This document shows, in pieces, positions 11,007 to 20,026 of a DNA stretch of 64,000 nt. The translations under genes and the position numbers were made by a program. Source of the DNA: Burkholderiales bacterium. Its GTDB lineage: Bacteria > Pseudomonadota > Gammaproteobacteria > Burkholderiales > SG8-39. The stretch is taken from contig JAXMFT010000001.1 of NCBI GenBank assembly GCA_046347635.1, positions 4,658-68,657 on the forward strand, given 5' to 3'. The notes beneath the pieces are model-generated. The model saw nothing but the letters and a program-made list of their open reading frames with translations. It made no database searches and was not told the DNA's origin. Every line of letters starts with the position of its first letter. Position 1 is the stretch's first letter.

Positions 11007-12446
11007 CTACTTCTTCTTCTCCTTGATCTCCTCCTGCTGCTGGCGGCGCAGCTCGCGCAGGCGCGCGTCGATCGCCGACAGGGTGTAGAAGTCCCCGTCG
11101 CCCGCCTTCTGCGCGAACTGGAGCTGCTCGACCGCCGCCGCCAGTCCGCCCTGCAGGTAGTAGCCCTCGGCGAGGGCGCGGTGCTGGTCGGTGCGCTTCC
11201 CGAGCGCGGCGTACGACTTGGCGACGAGCCGGTAGGCGCGCGCATCCTGCGGGCGCTGCCGCAGCAGCTCGCGCAGCACCTCGATCGCGCGCGCATGGTT
11301 GCCGAGCACCTGCAGCACCTCCGCGTACTCGTAGAGCACGCCCGCGTTGTCCGGATAGTTCTGCGCCGCGGCGGCGATGATCTTCTCCGCGCCCGCGCGG
11401 TCGCCCGCCGCCAGCCGCACGCGCGTCGCGAGCGTCTCGATCATCGGGTGTGGCGGCGCGCTCGCGCGCAGCGCGCTCGCCTCGCGCTCGGCCGCGGCGT
11501 AGTCCTGCGCGCGCAGCAGCGCCTGGGCGTAGCCGTAGCGCGTCGCCGTCTCGGTGACGAAGCGCTTCTCGGCGAGCAGCGTGCGGAAGTAGGCGACCGC
11601 GTCGGGCGGCGCGCCGTCCCCGGCGCGCAGCTTCGCGCGCACGAGCTGGAACTCGATCGAGTCGGCGCGCTGGCGATAGCGCGCCTCCTGCGCGCGGTTC
11701 TGCATGTCGGCGATGCGCTCGACCGTCAGCGGGTGGGTGCGCAGGTACGCCGGCGCGTTGTTGTCGTACAGGCGCGAGTTCTGCTGCAGCCGGGTGAAGA
11801 ACGAGGCCATGCCGGTGGGCTCGTAGCCGCCGTCCTGCAGGATCTGGAACCCGACGCGGTCGGCCTCGCGCTCGAACTCGCGGCTGAAGTTCAGCATCGC
11901 CGCCATCGGCGCCGCCTGCGACGCCACCGCCGCGCCCTGGGCGAGCTCCGGGCTCGCCCGCGCGGCCAGGATCGCGAGCCCGAGGCCGACGAGCGCGAGC
12001 GGCGAGAGCTGGTTCTGCGCCTGCAGCTGGCGCGCGAGGTGGCGCTGGAGGACGTGCGCGATCTCGTGCGCCATCACGCCGGCGAACTCGGACTCGGTCT
12101 GCGCGTTCACGATCAGCCCGCTGTGCACGCCGATGAAGCCGCCGGGCATGGCGAACGCGTTGATCGTGCGGTCGCGCACCACGAAGAACGTGAACTCCTG
12201 GCGCGCGTCGGCGCTGACGGCGACCAGGCGCTGGCCGACCGACTGCACGTACGCGCTCACCTCGGGGTCGTCGATGTAGTCCGGGTCGCGCCGGATCTGG
12301 CGCATGATCTCCTCGCCGATCCGGCGCTCCTGCTGGGGCGAGAGGTCGGCCTGCGCGCGCTCGCCCAGGTCGGGGAGGTTCTGGGCGCGCCCGGGAAGGC
12401 CCGGGACGAGCGCCAGGGCGAGGAAGATCCAGGCGTATCGCTGCAC
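11007..12446 (-). CDS. Periplasmic M48 zinc metalloprotease with C-terminal TPR region (BepA/YfgC-like)
   Basis: HEIAHV zinc motif and signal peptide [21 protein letters not shown]. Start taken as GTG 12446. An ATG at 12521 would add 25 non-signal residues and abut moaC, so the start is uncertain. Confidence 0.75.
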   Translation of the reverse strand: MQRYAWIFLALALVPGLPGRAQNLPDLGERAQADLSPQQERRIGEEIMRQIRRDPDYIDDPEVSAYVQSVGQRLVAVSADARQEFTFFVVRDRTINAFAMPGGFIGVHSGLIVNAQTESEFAGVMAHEIAHVLQRHLARQLQAQNQLSPLALVGLGLAILAARASPELAQGAAVASQAAPMAAMLNFSREFEREADRVGFQILQDGGYEPTGMASFFTRLQQNSRLYDNNAPAYLRTHPLTVERIADMQNRAQEARYRQRADSIEFQLVRAKLRAGDGAPPDAVAYFRTLLAEKRFVTETATRYGYAQALLRAQDYAAAEREASALRASAPPHPMIETLATRVRLAAGDRAGAEKIIAAAAQNYPDNAGVLYEYAEVLQVLGNHARAIEVLRELLRQRPQDARAYRLVAKSYAALGKRTDQHRALAEGYYLQGGLAAAVEQLQFAQKAGDGDFYTLSAIDARLRELRRQQQEEIKEKKK

Positions 12447-12531
12447 GTCTCGTATGATACCTGCCGCCTCCCGGGGTTCCCCGCGCCGCGGCACGAGTCG
12501 CGCGCGCGGGGTCGCAGGCATAATCCGCCCC

Positions 12532-13005
12532 ATGGCACTGACCCACTTCGACGCGGGCGGCGCGGCGCACATGGTGGACGTCGGCGGCAAGGACGCGACG
12601 CACCGCATGGCGCGCGCCGCGGGGCGCATCGCCATGCGGCCCGAGACGCTCGCGCTGGTGCGCGCGGGCAGCGCGGCCAAGGGCGACGTGCTCGGCGTGG
12701 CGCGCATCGCGGCGATCCAGGCCGCCAAGCGGACCGCCGACCTGATCCCGCTGGCGCACCCGATTCCGCTCACCCGGGTGGCGGCGGAGTTCGCCGCCGC
12801 CGACGATCCGCCGGCGGTGACCCTGACCGTGACGGTCGAGACGGTGGGCCGCACGGGGGTGGAGATGGAGGCCCTGACCGGCGTCGCGGTCGGGCTCCTG
12901 ACGATCTACGACATGTGCAAGGCGGTGGACCGCGGGATGCGCATCGAATCGGTCCGGCTCGTGGAGAAAACGGGCGGCAAATCCGGCCGCTACGCGGCCC
13001 CGTAG
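12532..13005 (+). CDS. moaC: Cyclic pyranopterin monophosphate synthase MoaC
   Basis: ATG 12532 ([20 protein letters not shown]..). Full-length MoaC pattern (..[38 protein letters not shown]). Confidence 0.9.
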   Translation: MALTHFDAGGAAHMVDVGGKDATHRMARAAGRIAMRPETLALVRAGSAAKGDVLGVARIAAIQAAKRTADLIPLAHPIPLTRVAAEFAAADDPPAVTLTVTVETVGRTGVEMEALTGVAVGLLTIYDMCKAVDRGMRIESVRLVEKTGGKSGRYAAP

Positions 13006-13034
13006 CCGGCGGAACCCGGCTGGCATTCGGCGGT

Positions 13035-13050
13035 CTGATCGACGCATCAG
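13035..13050. promoter_or_regulatory. 16-bp palindrome CTGAT-N6-ATCAG upstream of soxY
   Basis: CTGATCGACGCATCAG has perfect 5-bp arms and the same TGAT-N6-ATCA core as 9577-9592. It lies 9 nt upstream of a TTGTCC -35-like hexamer. Confidence 0.45.
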
Positions 13051-13059
13051 CACGCCCCC

Positions 13060-13089
13060 TTGTCCGACGAGGGTGAAGTTCAGTAGGCT
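13060..13089 (+). promoter_or_regulatory. Candidate sigma-70 promoter of soxYZAXB (TTGTCC-N18-TAGGCT)
   Basis: TTGTCC 13060-13065 and TAGGCT 13084-13089. An AGGAGGA Shine-Dalgarno sequence precedes ATG 13121. Confidence 0.35.
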
Positions 13090-13120
13090 TGCCGGCCAAC
13101 GTACGCAGGAGGATGCGGGA

Positions 13121-13588
13121 ATGGACCGTTCTCGACGGATCGTGCTGAAGGGCGCGGGCGCCACGGGCGCGCTCGCCGCGGCGCTCGCCGCGGGACTGCT
13201 CAGGCCCGGGGTCGCCGCCGCGGCGTGGAACAAGGCGGCGTTCGACGCCAAGACCACCGCCGACGCGATGAAGGCGCTCGGCTACGCCGGCGCGGTGGAG
13301 AGCAAGGACATCCAGATCCGCGCGCCCGAGATCGCCGAGAACGGCGCGGTGGTCCCGATCGACATCACCAGCAACATTCCGGGCACCACGTCGATCTCGG
13401 TGTTCATCGAGAAGAACCCTTTTCCCTACACCGGCACGTTCGACGTCTCGCAGGGCGCGCTCCCGTTCGTGCACCTGCGCGCGAAGATCGGCGAATCCTC
13501 GCCGGTGCGGGTCGTGGTCACCGCCGGCGGCAAGCACTTCACGGCCGCGAAGGAAGTGAAAGTCACCATCGGCGGATGCGGCGGATAG
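13121..13588 (+). CDS. soxY: Thiosulfate-oxidation carrier protein SoxY
   Basis: Tat-type leader MDRSRRIVLKGAG and the invariant C-terminal GGCGG swinging-arm motif. Confidence 0.92.
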   Translation: MDRSRRIVLKGAGATGALAAALAAGLLRPGVAAAAWNKAAFDAKTTADAMKALGYAGAVESKDIQIRAPEIAENGAVVPIDITSNIPGTTSISVFIEKNPFPYTGTFDVSQGALPFVHLRAKIGESSPVRVVVTAGGKHFTAAKEVKVTIGGCGG

Positions 13589-13600
13589 GGAGGACGAGAC

Positions 13601-13918
13601 ATGGCAGACCCGATGAAGATCCGCGCCAACCTGCAGGGCGACGTCGCCGACGTGCGCGTGCTCATGGCGCACCCGATGGAGACCGGCCAGCGCAAGGACG
13701 CGTCCGGCAACGTCGTGCCGCAGCATTTCATCCAGACCATCACCGCGCAGCTCAACGGCAAGCCGGTGTTCGGCGCCGACATCAGCCAGGCGATCTCGCG
13801 CAACCCGGTGTTCGCGTTCAAGGTGAAGGGCGCGAAGGCCGGCGACAAGCTCAGCATCACCTGGATCGACAACAAGGGCGACAAGCGCACCGACGAAGTC
13901 GTGGTCGGAGGCGGCTGA
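13601..13918 (+). CDS. soxZ: SoxZ
   Basis: 105-aa ORF immediately after soxY, with typical SoxZ sequence (KIRA..GDVADVRVLMAHPMETG). Confidence 0.9.
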   Translation: MADPMKIRANLQGDVADVRVLMAHPMETGQRKDASGNVVPQHFIQTITAQLNGKPVFGADISQAISRNPVFAFKVKGAKAGDKLSITWIDNKGDKRTDEVVVGGG

Positions 13919-14032
13919 CGGCGGGCGGGCGCCGTACGCGGCGCCCGGCTTGCGATCCCCGAGAAGGGCGGGGCCCTACCTGCCCCGCGTCGCCGCCGGG
14001 CTGCCGGCGGGACCAGTCACTGGAGGAGCACG

Positions 14033-14845
14033 ATGCAGAAGTCATTCCGGGCGGCGCTCGCCACCTGCTGCGCGGTTGCGGCGGCCACGCTCGCGCACGC
14101 GCAGACCGACCCCACCACCGAGGATTTCGAGAAGTTCCGCGCGGTGATGGAGGACGCCAACCCGGCCGAGCTCTGGGAGGTGAAGGGCGAGCAGCTGTGG
14201 AAGACGCGGCGCGGGCCGAAGAACGCCTCGCTCGAGCAGTGCGATCTCGGCCTCGGTCCGGGCGTGGTGAAGGGCGCCTACGTCCAGCTGCCCCGCTACT
14301 TCGCCGACGTCGGCACGGTGATGGACGCGGAGCGGCGCATCGTGCACTGCATGGTCACGCTGCAGGGGTTCAGCTTCGAGGAAATCGCCAAGCGACCGTT
14401 CAGCAGCGGCAACTACACCCCCGACCCGGTGTCGATCGTCACCTTCGTCGCCGCGCAGTCGCGCGACATGAAGATCGCCGTGCCGCAGTCGCACCCCAAG
14501 GAGCGCGCGACCTGGGAGCTCGGCAAGGCCATCTTCCACTACCGCGCCGGTCCGTGGGATTTCTCCTGCGCCACCTGTCACGGGGAGGACGGCAAGCGCA
14601 TCCGCACGCAGAACCTGCCCAACTTCACCAAGCACGACCAGGCCCCGCGCAGCTTCATCGGCTGGCCCGGCTACCGCATGACCGGCGGGGTCATGCACTC
14701 GCTCCAGTGGCGCATGAACGACTGCTTCCGCCAGCAGCGCTTCCCCGAGCCGGGCTACGCGTCGGACACCATCACGGCGCTCCTGACCTACATGGGCGTG
14801 AACTCGAACGGGTTCGTCTACAAGGGCCCGGGCATCAAGCGCTGA
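14033..14845 (+). CDS. soxA: SoxA, c-type cytochrome (single CxxCH: monoheme type)
   Basis: Sec signal peptide. One heme motif CATCH. Conserved distal Cys region WRMNDCFRQQ. No N-terminal second CxxCH. Confidence 0.88.
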   Translation: MQKSFRAALATCCAVAAATLAHAQTDPTTEDFEKFRAVMEDANPAELWEVKGEQLWKTRRGPKNASLEQCDLGLGPGVVKGAYVQLPRYFADVGTVMDAERRIVHCMVTLQGFSFEEIAKRPFSSGNYTPDPVSIVTFVAAQSRDMKIAVPQSHPKERATWELGKAIFHYRAGPWDFSCATCHGEDGKRIRTQNLPNFTKHDQAPRSFIGWPGYRMTGGVMHSLQWRMNDCFRQQRFPEPGYASDTITALLTYMGVNSNGFVYKGPGIKR

Positions 14846-14870
14846 CCCGCACCGCAGGAGGAGACCAGCC

Positions 14871-15475
14871 ATGAAGACGATGTTGCTCGCGACGGGCGTG
14901 GCCGCGGCGGTGTTCGCCGGATGCGCCGCCATGAACGACGATGCGGCCTACCGCCGCGAGGCGGCGGAGGTGGTCGCCGGGACTTCCACGCGCGCGGCAT
15001 CGCGACGATGGACCGCCTGAACCAGGACGACAGCAAGTGCACCGAGTACGACGACAACCTGCCCGCCGACCTCGCCAAGAAGCTCGAGGCCCAGCAGTTC
15101 GCGGCCATCAAGCTGCCCGCCGACGGCAAGTTCATGGGCGACTGGAAGGCGGGCGCGAAGCTCGCGGAGAGCGGTCGCGGGATGACCTGGAGCGACAAGA
15201 AGGGCGCGGCGGGCGGCAGCTGCTACAACTGCCACCAGCTCGCGCCGCAGCAGACCGCCTTCGGGACCGTCGGACCGAGCCTCACGGGATTCGGCAAGAA
15301 GCGCGGCTTCTCCACCGAGAACCAGCAGTACGCTTACATGCGGATCTACAACTCGAAGGCGTTCGCCGTCTGCTCGGCGATGCCCCGCTTCGGGCACTCG
15401 GGCACGCTCGACGAGCAGCAGATCAAGGACCTCACCGCCTACCTGATGGATCCCAACTCGCCGGTCAACAAGTAG
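14871..15475 (+). pseudogene. soxX: SoxX monoheme cytochrome c with an apparent 1-nt frameshift at the GGG run 14979-14981
   Basis: ATG 14871 (after GGAGGAG) encodes a signal/lipobox peptide MKTMLLATGVAAAVFAGC..AAEVVAG, then stops at TGA 15018-15020. The mature part (DFHARGIATMDRLNQDD..CYNCH..) is in the frame of ORF 14921..15475. One extra G would fuse them. Confidence 0.8.
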
Positions 15476-15544
15476 CCGGTCGCCGGCGCCACCGGGCGTC
15501 CCGGCTGCGACGGGCCGCGCCGCTCCCCGCCGCAGGCCGCAAGG

Positions 15545-17251
15545 ATGAATCGCCGCGAATTTCTCGAAGTGCTCGCCGCGGGGGCGGCGGCCGGGCTCGC
15601 CCTCGACGCGCCGGAGGCGCACGCGCAGGGCGATGCGGACGCGCTCTACCGCTTCCCCAAGTTCGGCAACGTCGCGCTGCTGCACTTCACCGACTGCCAC
15701 GCGCAACTCCTGCCGGTCTACTTCCGCGAGCCGAGCGTCAACATCGGCGTCGGCGCGGCCGCGGGGCGGCCGCCGCACCTCGTCGGCGAGCACCTGCTGA
15801 AGGCCTTCGGCATCAAGCCGGGCACGCGCGAGGCGCACGCTTTCACCTTCCTCGCGTTCGAGCGGGCGGCGCGCACCTACGGCAAGGTGGGCGGCTTCGC
15901 GCACCTCGCCACGCTGGTGAAGCGCCTGCGCGCCGACCGGCCCGGCGCGCTGCTGCTCGACGGCGGCGACACCTGGCAGGGTTCGGGCCTCGCGCTCTGG
16001 ACGAAGGGCGCCGACATGATCGCGGCCTGCCGGCTGCTCGGCGTCGACGTCATGACCGGGCACTGGGAGTTCACCTACGGCGAGAAGCGCGTCAAGGAGG
16101 CGGTCGAGAAGGAGCTCGGGAAGATCGAGTTCGTCGCGCAGAACGTCAAGACCGCCGACTTCGGCGACCCGGTCTTCAAGCCGGCGGCGACCCGCACGGT
16201 CAACGGCGTGCCGGTGGCGATCATCGGCCAGGCCTTCCCCTACACGCCGATCGCCAACCCGCGCCACTTCATCCCCGACTGGACGATGGGGATCCAGGAG
16301 GAGGCGCTGCAGAAGCACGTGGAGGCGGCGCGCGCGGGCGGCGCGCAGGTGGTGGTGCTCCTGTCGCACAACGGGATGGACGTCGACCTCAAGCTCGCCT
16401 CCCGCGTGCGCGGCATCGACGCCATTCTCGGCGGCCACACCCACGACGGCGTGCCGCAGCCGACGAACGTGAAGAACGCGGGCGGCCAGACGCTGGTGAC
16501 CAACGCCGGCTCGAACACCAAGTTCCTCGGCGTGCTCGACCTCGACGTGCAGGGCGGCAAGGTGGCCGATTTCCGCTACCGGCTGCTCCCGGTGTTCGCC
16601 AACCTGCTGCCGGCCGACCCGGAGATGGATGCGCTCGTCAAGCGCCTGCGCGCCCCGCACGAGGCGAAGCTCGGCGAGAAGCTCGCGACCACCGAGGGCC
16701 TGCTCTACCGCCGCGGCAACTTCAACGGCACGTTCGACCAGCTGATCCTCGACGCGATGCTCGAGGTGAAGGGCGCGGAGATCGCCTTCTCGCCCGGCTT
16801 CCGCTGGGGCACCACCATCCTGCCCGGCGGCGCGATCACGCTGGAGCACGTGCTCGACCAGACCGCGATCACCTACCCGCAGTGCACGCTGAGCGACCTC
16901 ACCGGAGAGCGGATCAAGGAGGTGCTCGAGGACGTGTGCGACAACCTCTTCAACCCCGACCCGTACCTCCAGCAGGGCGGCGACATGGTGCGCGTCGGCG
17001 GATTGACTTTCGCCTGCGCGCCCGCGGCGAAGATCGGCAGCCGCATCAGCGACCTGCGGCTGCGCGGCAAGCCGCTCGACCCGGGCAGGACGTACAAGGT
17101 CGCCGGCTGGGCGCCGGTCGCCGAGGGCGCGCAGGGCGAGCCGATCTGGGAGGTCGTCGTGCGCTACCTGAAGGACAGGAAGACCATCGCCCCGCGCAAG
17201 CTCAACCTGCCGCGGCTCGAAGGCGTCGCGGGGAACCCGGGGCTCGCGTAG
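15545..17251 (+). CDS. soxB: Thiosulfohydrolase SoxB
   Basis: 568 aa. Tat leader MNRREFLEVLAAG. Dimetal phosphoesterase motifs (HFTDCH.., GGDTWQG, GHWEF, LSHNG, GGHTHD). Confidence 0.92.
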   Translation: MNRREFLEVLAAGAAAGLALDAPEAHAQGDADALYRFPKFGNVALLHFTDCHAQLLPVYFREPSVNIGVGAAAGRPPHLVGEHLLKAFGIKPGTREAHAFTFLAFERAARTYGKVGGFAHLATLVKRLRADRPGALLLDGGDTWQGSGLALWTKGADMIAACRLLGVDVMTGHWEFTYGEKRVKEAVEKELGKIEFVAQNVKTADFGDPVFKPAATRTVNGVPVAIIGQAFPYTPIANPRHFIPDWTMGIQEEALQKHVEAARAGGAQVVVLLSHNGMDVDLKLASRVRGIDAILGGHTHDGVPQPTNVKNAGGQTLVTNAGSNTKFLGVLDLDVQGGKVADFRYRLLPVFANLLPADPEMDALVKRLRAPHEAKLGEKLATTEGLLYRRGNFNGTFDQLILDAMLEVKGAEIAFSPGFRWGTTILPGGAITLEHVLDQTAITYPQCTLSDLTGERIKEVLEDVCDNLFNPDPYLQQGGDMVRVGGLTFACAPAAKIGSRISDLRLRGKPLDPGRTYKVAGWAPVAEGAQGEPIWEVVVRYLKDRKTIAPRKLNLPRLEGVAGNPGLA

Positions 17252-17264
17252 CTCCCGGTCGCAC

Positions 17265-18374
17265 GTGGTCCTGGGCCGCTGGCTGAGGCGAGGCGCGCGC
17301 GCGCCGGGCGACGGCGCCTTCGTCGCGTTTCTCACCCACTCCGCGGAAGTGCAGCCGGTCAACGCGGGCGAGCGCCTGTTCGCCGACACGGCGAGCACGC
17401 GCCTGCGCGTCCTCATTCCCGCGGCCGAGCTCGCCCGGCGCGTGCCGGTGCGGCTCGTGCCGCTCGCACGGTTCCTCGCCGACCCGAGCCTGCGCGCGCT
17501 CGGCGCGCCGCGGGCGGTGGTCATCGCCAAGCTCGCGGCCGGCGCCGTCGCGGCGATGGAACGCGAGCTGACCGCGCTCCTCGACGCGGTCGCCGCCGGG
17601 CGCTGCCCGGCGCCGGTGTTCGCCGACCTCTCGGACGACTACGCCGCGCTCGCCGACGCGCTGCGGGCGCCGTTCCTCGCCGAGTACCAGCGCCGGCTCG
17701 CCGAGCACTGCGCGCTGACCGTGCCGTGCGCCGCGCTGCGCGACGCGCTCGCGCCGCTCGCGGCGCGCGGCGTCGAGGTCATCGAGGATCCCTACGAGTC
17801 GGACGCGGCGCAGCCGGTACGCACGCGCGCGGACGATCCGCCGGCGCTGTGCTGGTTCGGGACCCTCGGCGCCCCGAATGCGGACGACCTGCGCGAGACG
17901 CTGAGCACGCTCGCCCGGACGATGGGCGACGGCGGCGGGCGCGTCGAGCTCGTCGCCGGCGAGGCCGCGCGCGCGGTCGGAACCGCGATCGCGGCCGCCG
18001 TCGCGGCCGCGAACCCGCGCTGGTCGGTCGCGTACACCGTCTGGTCGCCGGAGAGCGCGGCCGCGGCGATCGCGCGCAGCGACTTCGTCCTCCTGCCGCA
18101 GGCGCACGCGACGCCGTGGGGGCGCGTGAAGTCGCACAACCGCCTGGTGGAGACGATCCGCGCGGGCCGGCTCGCGCTCGCCTCCCCGATCCCGTCGTAT
18201 CTCGAGCTCGCCGAATACGCCTGGGTCGGCGAACCGCTCGCCGAAGGCTTGCGCTGGGCGCTCGCGCACCCGGAGGAGGCCGCGGCGCGCGTCGCGCGCG
18301 GCCAGGCGCACGTCGCAAAGCGCTTCGCGCCGGAGGCGATCGGGGCGCGCTGGGCGCAGGTGCTCGGGGTGTGA
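17265..18374 (+). CDS. Hypothetical protein with GT-B-like (GT1/GT4-type) C-terminal half
   Basis: GC3-rich 369-aa ORF. The C-terminal ..GRVKSHNRLVETIRAGRLALASPIPSYLEL.. resembles the nucleotide-sugar-binding half of GT-B transferases. The start (GTG 17265) is uncertain. Confidence 0.45.
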   Translation: MVLGRWLRRGARAPGDGAFVAFLTHSAEVQPVNAGERLFADTASTRLRVLIPAAELARRVPVRLVPLARFLADPSLRALGAPRAVVIAKLAAGAVAAMERELTALLDAVAAGRCPAPVFADLSDDYAALADALRAPFLAEYQRRLAEHCALTVPCAALRDALAPLAARGVEVIEDPYESDAAQPVRTRADDPPALCWFGTLGAPNADDLRETLSTLARTMGDGGGRVELVAGEAARAVGTAIAAAVAAANPRWSVAYTVWSPESAAAAIARSDFVLLPQAHATPWGRVKSHNRLVETIRAGRLALASPIPSYLELAEYAWVGEPLAEGLRWALAHPEEAAARVARGQAHVAKRFAPEAIGARWAQVLGV

Positions 18375-18401
18375 CGCGGCGCGCGCCGCGGGACCGCCGC
18401 G

Positions 18402-19004
18402 TCAGGTGCCCGCGGGCGCGTCTTGGAGCGGCAGGCCGAGGAGCTGGCGCTGCGCCGGCGACGGCGGGGTCTTGAAGGCGAGCGCGCGCAGCTCGTAGGG
18501 CCCGTACGGCCCCGCATTCCACACGTCGGCAAAGCCGGCCGCGAGCAGCGCTTCGCCGAGCGACTTGTGGCTGAAACCGGTCTTGTGCGCGAAGAAGTCG
18601 TTGCCGCTGCGCTCGATCTCGGGGCTCCAGCCGTAGATGACGTCGATCACCGGGATCGGCCCGCTCGGCGCCTCGTACAGCACGTCGTCGAGGTCCAGCC
18701 CGTCGTCGAGCATCCTGCGAAACACCGCCGGCATGTCCGGCACGCGGATCTCGGCGAAGCCCTCCGCCTTCAGCACGTGGAGGAAGCCGGCGAGGACCTT
18801 CGGCACGTCGTGCCGGTAGTAGTGCTCGAGGTTGTGCGAGCAGTAGACTGCGTCGAACTGGCCCGGGGCGAGCGTGCCGAGCGCGCGCGCGTCGCACACC
18901 ACGTCGGCGCCGCGCCGCGGGTCGATGTCGAGCAGGAGATGGTCCCAGCCGGCGTAATGCGGCGGGATCGGGATGGTCTTGGTGCTGCCGCCGACGTTGA
19001 GCAC
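18402..19004 (-). CDS. Class I SAM-dependent methyltransferase
   Basis: The coding part of ORF 18402..19778 begins about GTG 19004 (or TTG 19010): VLNVGGS motif I, ..DAVYCSHNLEHY... The start is uncertain. Confidence 0.65.
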   Translation of the reverse strand: MLNVGGSTKTIPIPPHYAGWDHLLLDIDPRRGADVVCDARALGTLAPGQFDAVYCSHNLEHYYRHDVPKVLAGFLHVLKAEGFAEIRVPDMPAVFRRMLDDGLDLDDVLYEAPSGPIPVIDVIYGWSPEIERSGNDFFAHKTGFSHKSLGEALLAAGFADVWNAGPYGPYELRALAFKTPPSPAQRQLLGLPLQDAPAGT

Positions 19005-19021
19005 GCGCAAGCGGTCGCTCG

Positions 19022-19933
19022 CTACCGCGCCGCAGACAGCGGGGCGTCGAGGAGCGCGCGCACCTGCGCCCAGTCGTTCGGGACGAGCGCGAGCAGCTCC
19101 GCCTTGCGGCCGTCGAGAACCCCGTAGTCGAGGGCAAGCCCCTCCTCGATCAGGCCGTCGAGCCCGTCGCGCAGCCGCGTCGAGCCAGGGTCGAGGTTGC
19201 GGACGAGCGCGAGCCCGGTGGGCGCGGCGGCGATCGTGCGCACCACCAGATCGGGCCGATGCTTGCGCAGCAGCATCACCAGGCGCCAGATGTCCCCGCT
19301 CCAGAACTCGGTGACGCGCTCGCGTTCCGCCGTGGGTCGATCGAGCGGATAGACATCGTGGATCAAGATCGTCGAGGCGGGCTCGCACAACGCCTCGATA
19401 TTGATGAAGTCGCGCAGCGCGAACTCGAATTGATGCATGCCGTCGATGAAGGCAAGATCGATCGGCAGCCCACCCAGCTCGGCGCGGACGTCGTACGCGG
19501 CGAAGAATTCGTCGCTCGTCTCCGCCACGATGCTCACGTTCGGACCGAGCGCCTCGCTCACGGCCGGAGCGGGGTCCACGCCGATCGCGCGCGTGGCCGG
19601 TCCCGTGAGCCGGATCGACTCGCCGCGCGACACGCCGATCTCCACGTAGGTGCGCGGGTTCAGGTGAGCGTGGATGCGTGCGAGCACGCCGAAATAGTTC
19701 TCGCCCGGCATCTCGATCGCCGCCAGCAGGTTGTGCGCGGCCCAGAAGTTCGGCGCGCCCTCGAGCAGCGCACGGCACTCTTCGGCGGCCTCCGCCGTCC
19801 GGCCATCGCGCCAGTGCGTCTCCGCAGCGGCGTACCGGCGCGCGAGCGCCTCATCAGGGCGGGTGGAGGGCGATCGCGGTGCATCGCGCTCCGGTCGCCC
19901 GGCGAGGACGTTGCGCAGGAGGCTCTTCAGCAT
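19022..19933 (-). CDS. Class I methyltransferase-fold protein (Methyltransf_24/CmcI-like) with a short TPR-like N-terminus
   Basis: 303-aa ORF containing YVEIGVSRGESI..AFIDGMH..ILIHD. The N-terminus is MLKSLLRNVLAGR. Confidence 0.6.
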   Translation of the reverse strand: MLKSLLRNVLAGRPERDAPRSPSTRPDEALARRYAAAETHWRDGRTAEAAEECRALLEGAPNFWAAHNLLAAIEMPGENYFGVLARIHAHLNPRTYVEIGVSRGESIRLTGPATRAIGVDPAPAVSEALGPNVSIVAETSDEFFAAYDVRAELGGLPIDLAFIDGMHQFEFALRDFINIEALCEPASTILIHDVYPLDRPTAERERVTEFWSGDIWRLVMLLRKHRPDLVVRTIAAAPTGLALVRNLDPGSTRLRDGLDGLIEEGLALDYGVLDGRKAELLALVPNDWAQVRALLDAPLSAAR

Positions 19934-20026
19934 GGGCGAATCATAGCCGCCAGCGCCCCCGCCGGCGAACGCGCCCGCCCGCCGCGCGTGATGGGGTTCC
20001 TGCGCGCCGCGATCGGGGCACCGCCC

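Noticed and set aside
12447-12521. ATG 12521 as the start of the M48 protease.
   Set aside because: It would add 25 Arg/Pro-rich residues before an otherwise N-terminal signal peptide and leave only 10 nt to the divergent moaC start. GTG 12446 is preferred but unproven.
14999-15475. SoxX starting at the internal Met (MDRLNQDD..) as an intact shorter gene.
   Set aside because: A periplasmic c-type cytochrome needs an export signal. The signal peptide is present upstream in another frame, with its own Shine-Dalgarno sequence.
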